Shown: positions 32,974-43,251 of the stretch, one piece after another
Layout: each line of letters opens with the position of its first letter
How positions within the stretch are numbered: position 1 is the stretch's first letter
Source: Stramenopiles sp. TOSAG23-2
Lineage: Eukaryota
DNA length: 57,244 bases
Direction of reading: 5' to 3'
NCBI GenBank assembly: GCA_900128395.1
Contig: LT649257.1
Coordinates: 1-57,244, forward strand
Program-made: the position numbers and the translations under genes
Notes under the pieces: model-generated
The model's database searches: none
Told to the model about the DNA's origin: nothing
What the model saw: the letters and a program-made list of their open reading frames with translations, nothing else

Positions 32974-33263
32974 TAGACTACATCAAGCAAGTTTAAGTAC
33001 ATTTTAGCTATTTTTTAAAGTTGATGAAACACAGGTATTTAACACTATGTACTATGGGAAAAAGGTGTTTTTACAGGTATGGTTTTTAAAAGTGCAAAGC
33101 AGCAACGTTTCTATAGTAAGTAGTGTTATGGGGGCTGCTTTGCACTTTTAAAAACCATACCTGTAAAAACACCTTTTTCCCATAGTACATAGTGTTAAAT
33201 ACCTGTGTTTCATCAACTTTAAAAAATAGCTAAAATGTACTTAAACTTGCTTGATGTAGTCTA
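32974..33263. repeat. Perfect inverted repeat: 130-bp arms (32974-33103, 33134-33263) with 30-bp spacer; possible TA-flanked MITE
   Basis: TAGACTACATCAAGC...GCAAAGCAGC versus GCTGCTTTGC...GCTTGATGTAGTCTA; no mismatch seen. Confidence 0.95.
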
Positions 33264-33607
33264 AAGGATGATAGAATTGGCTAACATATAATTCACAAAA
33301 TATATCCCATACATTTAAGGCAAACAATCTACAATGGCCAATTGTATTACAGTACTAACTGCACAATTCTGATAGAATTGATAGGAGAATATCTTTTTAT
33401 TATACTTAAAGGTTATTTAACACTACCTTGAATATTGAATAAAATGAAAAAATTGTGCAAAAAATAATAGAACATGCAAACCGAAAAATAATTAATAAAT
33501 GAAAAAAATAAAAAAATTTTAGAAATACAAAGAAGCATCAAACAAGTTCAACTAATATAGAGAGATGAGGAAAAATATAATATTCGAAATGAAAAATATA
33601 ACATAGA

Positions 33608-36061
33608 CTAAAAATAATTTATCATGTTTGTTGGTTTTCGAATGAAATTACCAAATGTAAATTCCTTCCCATCAGCTACATTACCTCGTTTGGCATCACC
33701 AATGCTGCTATTAATAAAAGTTGAACCACCATTCCGCTGAAATTGAATAGCTATTTTTGCTGAACGGGCATCATTGGCTGAATCATTTGAACCACGACCT
33801 TGTCGTATCTGCGAAAAGAATTGTTCAGCATTATCCTGGTTGAATGCTCTTGGCCGTGGTTGTAATGCATCTGGTAAACTTGTTGGATAATAATAAGCAA
33901 CTACCATGGGCATTGAAGTACATGATAGTTGCATATCCATCCAAGACTGATATGTGATAAACTGGGGCTTATCATTTTTACGATGGCCACCATCTGTCAA
34001 ACTTGGACCTGGTTTTTCACAATCATCCAACCATGCAAAAAACCAGTCCAAACTATCAGCCAATTCCTTCCATTTATCATTTAAATGTGGTAGAGCTGAA
34101 CGATTATTTAACACATCCCACATTTTATTTATATTTTGCATATATAGTAATAAAGATGTGAAGTCAGATTTATTGTTCTTTTCAACTTCATGCATTACTC
34201 ATAAATACCATGTCAAATAATGCCAGTTTTACAACTGCATCTTGCACAAATTGTATACACATACGAGATGTCAATGTATTTGTGAACCATGCACCAAGTG
34301 GAAATGAATGATGCACCTCACCAGTGGTTGAAACCATCAACACACTGCAGTATCAAGCCAAATCCTTATGTGTAAGGAAATGATGATTGAATCCATTGAC
34401 AAGTTCCTTCATATTCAAAACTTTCTCTCCAACAAATCCTACAATTTGATCAGTATTTGAATCATAGTATACCCCAGTCCGCAGAACCATTGCATCTAAT
34501 GATGCTGCTAGGACTGTTAACTCTTTTTCATTTGATTTAAATTTGTAAATACTATTTTTTTTTTCATCACTAATTTGTTTTAATTGCTTACATAAAATGT
34601 TTACACTCTCTACTGCAACACCATCTGTTGATGGAGCTTTGTATTGAGCACGTTTTAAGTGGCAACGAGTTCATCAAGGTTGAATAATTTATGAATAGGA
34701 TCTGCTGTATTTTCTGCATTAGCTGTAATTTGTACTTTCTCCCAAGCGCTTGTATCATTAGTGACTATTTTCTTTGCCTCTTGTTCAAGTTCACTTGCTC
34801 TTTCCTGTGAAACTTTTAATAGGCTCATCATTGTGGAGAATTTCTTCTCCAAGCGCTTGTATCTTTCCTTTAGATTTTTGAGTTGTGATGAAATCTGTTG
34901 TTTTTTCTCATGTTCAATTTGAAATTTCTCACTAGTTGACTTGACACGTTTTTCATGAGAATCCTTTAAATAACTAGTCATTGCAGCTTTGCATTCATTA
35001 CAACTTGTGCCATGTTTATCAACAGTGATACAACAAGTATTTGGTCGAATAGACCATTTTGATGATGATGGTAATGATGATGGTGATAACAAAAGTCCAT
35101 TCTTATACTCAGTATACATGAGGTGATCAACTTTACTTGAGGAGCTGCTACCACTACTAGAAACAACACAAATACTAGAATCTGGTACTGATTTTGAAGC
35201 AAAACAAATATTATTTAATTTTTTTAAATTTTTAGTATTTTTAGATACACACACATCATCCAATCTATTTTTCTGTGCTTGTACAGCAACAGATAAACTG
35301 AATTTGTGCTTGCATCCTATGCATACATTAAAATTAAAAAAACAAACAATACAGTTCATGGCAGCTTCAATACTAGAAAATCGTTCCACTTCTGATGGTA
35401 TAACTCCAAAATTGATTAATGGTGGTGCATTAATATCAGCAACAATGCTTTCAGAAGATGTTTGTTTCCATTCTACATAATTTCCATTCCATGTTCTGTA
35501 ATTTTCACCATATTCTAAACGTATGATATCATTTTTTTCTAACACAAGGCAACGGCCACGTTTGGTACTGGTACTAGAACCACCATCCCGTGGTTGTACC
35601 ATTTCTGCAATTGGTGGTATATCTTTATGTTTCTCCAAGGGAAGAAATTTATATTGTCTATTTACACTTATTATTTTTAATGGATATTTATTTAGTTTTC
35701 CAACCCCTTCAATAATGCCAGATGCAGGATCTACATATAAAAATACAGAACGCATATGAACTCCATCAATAATTTCAACAACATTTATTGTCATTCTAAA
35801 TTGATTGTAACTGACTTGCAGATGATTATTTGTATTGTTCTCATTCATTTGAAATATCAAGCATTTTAAATTATTATACTTTGAAAGTATTTGATGTTGT
35901 AAACCTGTTAAACAAGGAAAATCAGAATGATCATTATCTTGTTTTGGCAACAATTTTGATCTTTTTAATTTGTTTTGAATTTGTTTTGACCAACTCCATT
36001 GTGGGCCTCGGCCTTTCTTCTTTTTCTTTCGTCCAATTTTCTTTCGTTTACAGCGTGGCAT
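33608..36061 (-). pseudogene. Degenerate P-element/THAP9-type transposase
   Basis: Three segments. ORF 34655-36061; an unlisted frame ~34190-34655 reading ASLDAMVLRTGVYYDSNTDQIVGFV..LA*YCSVLMV..FPLGAWF (TGA at 34353-34355); and ORF 33608-34195 with NKMWDVLN and RAFNQDNAEQFFSQIRQGRGSND. The second catalytic Asp and DxxH region are not seen. Confidence 0.88.
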
Positions 36062-36067
36062 TATTTA

Positions 36068-36497
36068 ATTAACTTTAATTTACCTTTCCATATGCAATAA
36101 TATGTTAAAATTGTAAAATGAAGTAATGGAAATAATAATTTTTTCAATATATTAAAAATCAATATTATTCTTCCAAAATACCTTTAGTACACTTTCATAT
36201 ATGTATTATTAAACATATAAAAAGTTCAGGGATCATACGTTTCTCGTCTCGGAGGAGATAGAGTACTAAGTTTTGATATTGATTATTGAAAGTTGTTTGT
36301 ATGTGTGATTATTTAATAATGAATCATATAAATTGATGTGTAGAATATCTTTTCGAGATGAAGGCCAATGATATGTAGTTAGTGTATGATGCTATGTCCA
36401 TACTGGACAGGTCAATTGTAAGGTATTTTACCGGCCAGGTTTTTGGCGTATGGAAATTACATGGGCTTACCACTAAGAGTCACCTCTTTTCTTTTTG
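36068..36497 (-). repeat. Right compound terminal inverted repeat
   Basis: Reverse complement of 29918-30343; ends a few bp before the transposase ATG at 36061. Confidence 0.95.
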
Positions 36498-36655
36498 ATA
36501 ATCTTAATTATTTAAATATACCATATATATATATATATATTATTTCAATTACTATTGTTTAGTTGAATTTACATTTTGAGTTGTGCGTTGTTTGTTGTTT
36601 GATTTATATATTCTTATTTACATATTGTATTATTGTTTAACGAAATTTTGGAATT

Positions 36656-38084
36656 ATGAATAGATACCAATTAATAGTTTATGTATGCCTTCTTTCAATT
36701 TTTATCTGCAATGTACATGCATATGATAATGGTGCAAAACATTCAAGATTACCACCTTTAGGGTGGTCAAGTTGGGTAGCATTAGGGCCAAATGATGAAC
36801 ATCCAATATTTGATTTTTGCGATGAAGATTCCGTAAAAGCGGCTATTGATGCATTTGTAAGTCCAGAATTGGGGTTATTTGAAGCTGGATATCGCCACTT
36901 TCACTTAGACGATTGTTGGGCAGGCGGTAGAAACTCGAGTGGATATTTGTATCCAGAAAAAGACCACTTTCCAAATGGAATGAAATCTGTGATTGACTAT
37001 GCTCATTCAAAAAATGTTGTTTTTGGCTTATATACATGTGCTGGCACATTTACTTGTGTAGGTGGTCGCCCTGGATCAAAAGGTCATTGGCAACAAGATG
37101 CTGATGTATTTGCCGAATGGGGTGTTGATTGGGTAAAGATGGATTGGTGTAATACAAATGGAATGACCCCCCAAACAACGTATCCAAAAATGTCCCAAGC
37201 TATGAATAAAACTGGATGGCCAATTCATTTTAATATGTGTGAATGGGGTGTAAATAATCCATGGGAATGGGGTGATGCAATAGCACAAAGTTGGCGTATG
37301 AATGGTGACCATACAGGTATATGGAGCTCTACAAAGGAAGTGATACAAAGTGCTTCAAAAATTCCCAGTAAATATAGTGGAAGACCATATGGATGGAATG
37401 ATATGGATATGTTGGAAACTGGTAATTATGATCAAGCAGCACGTAAGTATATATATATATATACATATATTATATATTTCCTTTTTTTTTTAATATATTT
37501 ATGAAGACACCTATTAACACATAATATGATATATATGTAACATAGATGCCAATGGTAAAGAAAGTAATATGACAAGTCTTGAATATAAGACTGAATTTTC
37601 AATGTGGGCAATGGCTGCCTCACCATTAGTAGTTACAACACCAATTATGAAATGTAGCAAGAATAGTGATGAAGGTGGTGATGTAACATGTACACCAACA
37701 ATTACAAATTTACAAAAGGAGATTTTGTTAAATACCGAAGTGATAGCAATTAATCAAGATATAACACCACAAGGTAGACCAGTCAATGATAACTCATTGA
37801 AATATTGGGCTCGTATGCTAAGTGATGGTAATGTTGCCATTGCATTATATAATGAAGACGATAAAGAAGATGATTTTAATTTCAATTTTGAATGGTTAAA
37901 TAAAGGTAATGATCCAATTGTATCTACAAAGATTATGAAAGTTACGAAAGAAACAAAAGCATCGGTAAGAGACCTTTGGAAACATGAAGATTTAGGAGAA
38001 TTTGTTGGTTCTTTTCCAGCAAATGACACTAGTATCAAAGTACCAGCACATGGAACTATGATGCTACGCTTAACAATGCATTGA
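36656..38084 (+). CDS. Secreted alpha-galactosidase (GH27); join(36656..37442,37546..38084)
   Basis: Signal peptide, PPLGWSSW, HLDDCW, GVDWVKMDWC, WNDMDMLETGN, FSMWAMAASPL, VIAINQD and VRDLW. A phase-1 intron GTAAGT..CATAG (37443-37545) joins the ORFs. Confidence 0.95.
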
Positions 38085-38555
38085 ACATGGTAATACTCCC
38101 ATGATAATTCGTATGAGGATACGCTCCAAAAGTATGTACAGTTAATTGGGTTTTGTAAAAATGTATTTTTAAAAATATTTTAAATCAAAATACTCTCTTT
38201 CGAAAACAAAATTAAAGCACACACATATATAATTAATTTACGCATTAATTTATTGTTTTTAATTTACACACATTTATACATATATATTGATGGTTATATA
38301 TATATCATCATTACAACATTATGTACATAATATTTCTTAAGTACGCGTATTTTTTTTTAATTTTTTTTTATTTTTCTATATACACAAACTGTCACGAAAG
38401 AATAACTTAACCAAGCCAACACATTTTTACTAAATATGATAGTATGATATTAAATATATGATATGATAATATATATATGATATCAATACGAAGTATTTTT
38501 AAAAAATATGCATAAAATTATTTACACAAACACATATGCAACACAACACCTATAT

Positions 38556-39827
38556 TTACATTCTACCGAGAATCCATTCATCTACACTCATATATACAAC
38601 ATTTGATGCTTCATTTTTGGCATCTATCTCATCGGCACTATCTTTACATACGCCTAATATGGTACCATACTCTTGCAAATGACGATGGGCTGCGTTCATT
38701 AATGATGCAGTAAATAGTGCATCAAAATCCTTCTTTTGAACATGCAATTTACGTTCACTCGATTTAACATTTGTGGACATTGCCATGTGTAAAGCTACAG
38801 GTGTATGTTTTGAGTCTCTGTAACTTCTGCTTGGATAAACAGCCCCATCATGTAGTCGTTTCGTCCTTGTTCCATATAACCATGTACCAACCGATGCATC
38901 TTCATTCCTCCATTGCTTAAAATTCATAGAATTTTTCGATAAGAAATGAACAGCAGATCGACTTAACATATAAAAAATTCCTGCTGCATATGGTGGATAA
39001 ACTTCAGCTTTAAAATCAGGATCATACCATTTCGACGTTTCTTGTCGAATTGGTTTAGAACGATCATTAATATATCCATAATATAGAAGTTGCTTGCTGT
39101 TTCCATCCGACATCTCTTCTTCCTTAATTTTATATGTACGTGCAATAAACGCTTCCACGTCGAAATATACATCATCATCAATTTTAACTGCAAACGAAGT
39201 TGTTTGCTTTAAGTGAGTGTCTAACCACTTCATTAACAACATGGTTTTTTTGGACAATAAGTTATAACCTTCTCTGAAGTTAGATTCATCTACGTTTAAT
39301 ACGATAATATCACCATGCTTAGCTTTTTCCACTTCAATCCCAAGCATATCGTCTGAATGTCCAACAAAAAATTTAACTTTCATTCCCATACGCAATGCAA
39401 CTGAACCCCAAGTACGTCTAATAACATCACGTAAAATCGAGTTACCACGTGCTGAATTAACCGCAAAAAACACTAAATCACTTATTTGACTAGCCGGTGG
39501 CATGATCTGCGCATACTTATGACGCGACAGTGTTCTTGGTACCAAGAGTTCTTTCTTTGCTCCATCCGATGATGCACCATGATAACTCGGTGAATCAATA
39601 TTATTATTACTAGGTTCCGCTATACAATCTACAAGGGGTGATGGTACAGCACCCTCTATTACTACTACATGGTCAATATTACCTATCATAAATACAAACA
39701 ATAGATGCATGTATAACATCTGCACGATGGTTGTCATTGTTTTATACGATTTCTTCATGTTATGCGAGCTCTTCATTACATATATATAACACATATATCG
39801 ATACATATATGTATACATCCACATCAT
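38556..39827 (-). CDS. GT31 beta-1,3-galactosyltransferase-family protein
   Basis: RDVIRRTWG, FFVG, HGDII, YNLLSKKT, KIDDDVY, YPPYAAGIFYMLS and EDASVGTW. The true start is probably a downstream ATG (39776, 39758 or 39737). Confidence 0.92.
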   Translation of the reverse strand: MMWMYTYMYRYMCYIYVMKSSHNMKKSYKTMTTIVQMLYMHLLFVFMIGNIDHVVVIEGAVPSPLVDCIAEPSNNNIDSPSYHGASSDGAKKELLVPRTLSRHKYAQIMPPASQISDLVFFAVNSARGNSILRDVIRRTWGSVALRMGMKVKFFVGHSDDMLGIEVEKAKHGDIIVLNVDESNFREGYNLLSKKTMLLMKWLDTHLKQTTSFAVKIDDDVYFDVEAFIARTYKIKEEEMSDGNSKQLLYYGYINDRSKPIRQETSKWYDPDFKAEVYPPYAAGIFYMLSRSAVHFLSKNSMNFKQWRNEDASVGTWLYGTRTKRLHDGAVYPSRSYRDSKHTPVALHMAMSTNVKSSERKLHVQKKDFDALFTASLMNAAHRHLQEYGTILGVCKDSADEIDAKNEASNVVYMSVDEWILGRM

Positions 39828-40409
39828 TATTTGTCTATTTATTGTTCTATCAAAGCACCTAATAATAATTTAAATAATAATAATAATAACAAGGATAGTT
39901 TGATAAAAATATTTAATAAGCGTATTAATATTTGCCTGCTAAAACCATGGTATATGTGCCAACGATTAGAGGAAGAAATCCGCCACCAGCCGCCCGCTGG
40001 GCCCGCCGTAAACACGTAGGCCCGGGCCACAACCTTTTTAGGCCAATTAGAATTATTTTCTTAAGGGAAATGCACGAATAATACATGCCAGCATGTGTAA
40101 TAGGTTCAATCCATCTGTATTCATAATTTAATAAATTAGTCCAATAATAAATACAGTATATATAGGCCTAATACAGTACCTCTGGTGGTATAGTAGTATA
40201 GTATATTTTTAATATAATAAAAAAATAAATAATAATCTAAATTTTATTAAATTAGATGACGACTATTAAATTCAATTATTTATTTAATCCATATATATTT
40301 ATGCAAAATCAAATCGTCAAAGATGACTGTACAATAACATACATGAAAAAATATTGAATCAATAACTACACCCACTACCCCCAAAAACATATATTTAATA
40401 TAATTAAAA

Positions 40410-41768
40410 ATGAAACAGAAATATAATAAATTAACATGTTTGATATTTATTATATTGAAAATATTATTGACTACATCTAGTGACTCGATATCCATTTCTG
40501 GCATTTGGAAAGATAATAATAATAATACCATTGTATTAGAGGGCATAAGTAGTAACACAGAGGAAATCGAAAATCATAAGAAAGATGAAAAGGATGAGAA
40601 TATGAAAACAGCTGTTAATGCAAAATGTGTATCCACCGAATGTGCCTGGTTAGAGGCTACTGGTGAACGAAGTGCAGAAGGTCAAGGTGGTATGTTGTCC
40701 ATCACATTTTCATATAAAAAGCCTGATGGTATCGAAAAAGTTGGACCTATCATGGCACGGATAAGTGGTAATGGTCAACAAATTGAATTTTTTCAAAACA
40801 ATGTTTTATGGTATAAAATTGGAGAAGGAACAAATCCTGAACATTTTGACAAATCACCAAACAAATATCATGATACGATTGCATATATTGGTAAACACCA
40901 TCGCATAAAACAATGTAAGCATGGTCTATTTATGTTGAATTATTATGATACATGGGTTAGCCGCAGCTTGGGGTTGTATGGGGAATGGAGTGAATATGAA
41001 GTATCTATTTTCTTAAATTTATTGGAGCCTGGAGATGTAGTCATTGATGCTGGGGCTAATATTGGTAGCTTTACCATACCAATGGCAAAAAAAGTTGGAG
41101 ATGATGGCATCGTATATGCATTTGAACCACAACGATTTTTATCTCAAACGTTATCAACAAATGTTATATTAAATGAATTGTCTAATGTTTACACTATGCA
41201 TATGGCATTGGGTGATCATGTAGGTACATTGAAAGTGCCGAAAATTTTATACAATAAAGTCGGTAACTTTGGCGGGGTCGATTTAATGAAACAATACCCA
41301 TCAAATACCGTTTTACCATTGATGACGATTGATTCATTGATGTTGCCATGCCCAAAATTAATCAAAATCGACGTGGAAGGGATGGAATTTGGAGTTATTA
41401 AAGGTAGCCATAAAACGATTAATAAATGTAAACCATTTTTGTACGTGGAGAATAATTGTGTAAAAGGTTCGAAAGAATTGATATTAGAAATCGATTCCAT
41501 TGGATATGCATTATTTTGGGATATACAACCATATTATAATCCAAATAATTACTTCAATAATCGATTTGATATGTTTCCAACGCATATGATGTCAATCAAT
41601 ATGTTTGGTATTCCAAAAGAAAAATTAAAGTCTATTGATATGTCTACATGGATAAAAATAAATGTAGAAGAAGAAAAATTTTATTTATCACAGTATACAT
41701 TAAATTCGCTCGACAATCAAGTATTTCAAATTAAACAGAATGGTAATTTGACTCATTGCAAACGATAA
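40410..41768 (+). CDS. Secreted FkbM-family SAM methyltransferase
   Basis: Signal peptide; SLGLYGEWS, VIDAGANIG, VYAFEPQR, NFGG, LIKIDVEGME and PFLYVEN. Confidence 0.92.
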   Translation: MKQKYNKLTCLIFIILKILLTTSSDSISISGIWKDNNNNTIVLEGISSNTEEIENHKKDEKDENMKTAVNAKCVSTECAWLEATGERSAEGQGGMLSITFSYKKPDGIEKVGPIMARISGNGQQIEFFQNNVLWYKIGEGTNPEHFDKSPNKYHDTIAYIGKHHRIKQCKHGLFMLNYYDTWVSRSLGLYGEWSEYEVSIFLNLLEPGDVVIDAGANIGSFTIPMAKKVGDDGIVYAFEPQRFLSQTLSTNVILNELSNVYTMHMALGDHVGTLKVPKILYNKVGNFGGVDLMKQYPSNTVLPLMTIDSLMLPCPKLIKIDVEGMEFGVIKGSHKTINKCKPFLYVENNCVKGSKELILEIDSIGYALFWDIQPYYNPNNYFNNRFDMFPTHMMSINMFGIPKEKLKSIDMSTWIKINVEEEKFYLSQYTLNSLDNQVFQIKQNGNLTHCKR

Positions 41769-42079
41769 TAATCGTAGGTAGTACATAATATATATATATA
41801 TATATACACACGTACAAGCGTAGTAGAAATCCAACTGGAAGCTGCAAGCTCCCTTATTATCATAAGATATATATATATATGTCATACCTGTATGATATGC
41901 TATTTATAAATATCAGGAGACTATATATATATATATATCATATATGTGTGTGTGTGTGTGTGTGCGTGTATTTACGTTTGTGGACATAAATTGAAAATAT
42001 ATGTAATCATATACACACATAATTTTCATAATATATACACGCCACACTTTTATATATATATATATATATATATATTTCT

Positions 42080-42514
42080 TTACGTATAGTAATCCAAGTA
42101 TTCTTGATATGATTTACTATGTGGCCTTCCATTTGCATTTGTTGTGAAAGCATCTATAATTTTTTTCTCTTCAATTATTTCTTCAACTGCCAATTTAAAT
42201 TTATTATTTTTAAAGAGTTCCTTCCCCAAACTACTTAATCTCCTACTTTTGCGAGTACTGCTTCTTCGTTTTCCATTATTATTATTAGAAATTAAAGATG
42301 TTCGTCTATTGCTATTAATACTATTACTATTATACACCGAGTTTGTCGTTGATTTTAATGCTTTAATCTCAGTCTTATGTTCCTCCATTTGTGTTTTTAA
42401 CTTAAGATTTTCTTTTCTTAAATAAGTTATTTCCGCATTTGCTTTTGTTAATTCTTGTTGCAAAAATGTCACTTGGTTAACAAGTTGCATCTGTCCAATC
42501 GGATTTATCATCAT
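42080..42514 (-). CDS. Hypothetical coiled-coil protein
   Basis: 144 aa with N-terminal heptads (LQQELTKANAEITYLRKENLKLK). Confidence 0.6.
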   Translation of the reverse strand: MMINPIGQMQLVNQVTFLQQELTKANAEITYLRKENLKLKTQMEEHKTEIKALKSTTNSVYNSNSINSNRRTSLISNNNNGKRRSSTRKSRRLSSLGKELFKNNKFKLAVEEIIEEKKIIDAFTTNANGRPHSKSYQEYLDYYT

Positions 42515-43251
42515 ATTGGTTTATTGTGTAAGTGTGTGTTTGTGTGTTTTGTTCTTTATTGATATCTTTTACATGTTGCAGTACAGTATAATAATTTTAC
42601 ATTGTAAGAAGAATATTCTAAATAATAATATAATAAAAAAAAATTTTTTTTTTTAGAGCCTTATTATTATTATTATATTACTGTACATACATGTATGCTT
42701 ACGTGCTTAGACTTAATTTTCTTCCAGGAGGCCGGAGCATTGCACCATTTTGTGTTTACTTTAAGGAGTCTATAAATAAGTAGTCGTCGAGTGCCAGGAG
42801 TGCCAGGAGTGCTGGAGTGCTGGAGTGCCACGCCGCTGAAAAGGTACCTGTAATAATAATACCTGTAATAAATTCAATAAATAATACAGGTAATAATATT
42901 ACCTGGTATAAACAAAAAAAAAAATATTATAAATTAAGGCCCATTTACATTATTCTAATTTATGCTTATTATATATGCTTATTATTTTATTGAAAATAAT
43001 AATAATATATATCATTTTTTAAAAATATTGAAGAGGAAAGAAAAAAGAAAGTTATATATATATATTATGTATATATACATATATATTCACTCATACAATC
43101 TCTTATCATACCTATGTTATCATCGTTTTTTCCACTAAAATCATATATAAATTACATTAAGTTTAAGTAAAGTAATTGATATCGTATATATATATCGTAT
43201 ATATATAAAAAAATAAAAAATATTAACAACATTAAAATTCTAATAATAACT

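Larger units (their letters stand above)
29918..36497. mobile_element. P-superfamily DNA transposon (6580 bp) with long TIRs and two convergent ORFs
   Basis: Perfect 19-bp terminal IR CAAAAAGAAAAGAGGTGAC (29918-29936 / 36479-36497). 7-bp TSD ATAATCT (29911-29917 / 36498-36504). Inner IR blocks ATACGCCAAAAACCTGGCC and ~340 bp (30001-30343 / 36068-36401). P/THAP9-type transposase motifs inside. Confidence 0.95.
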
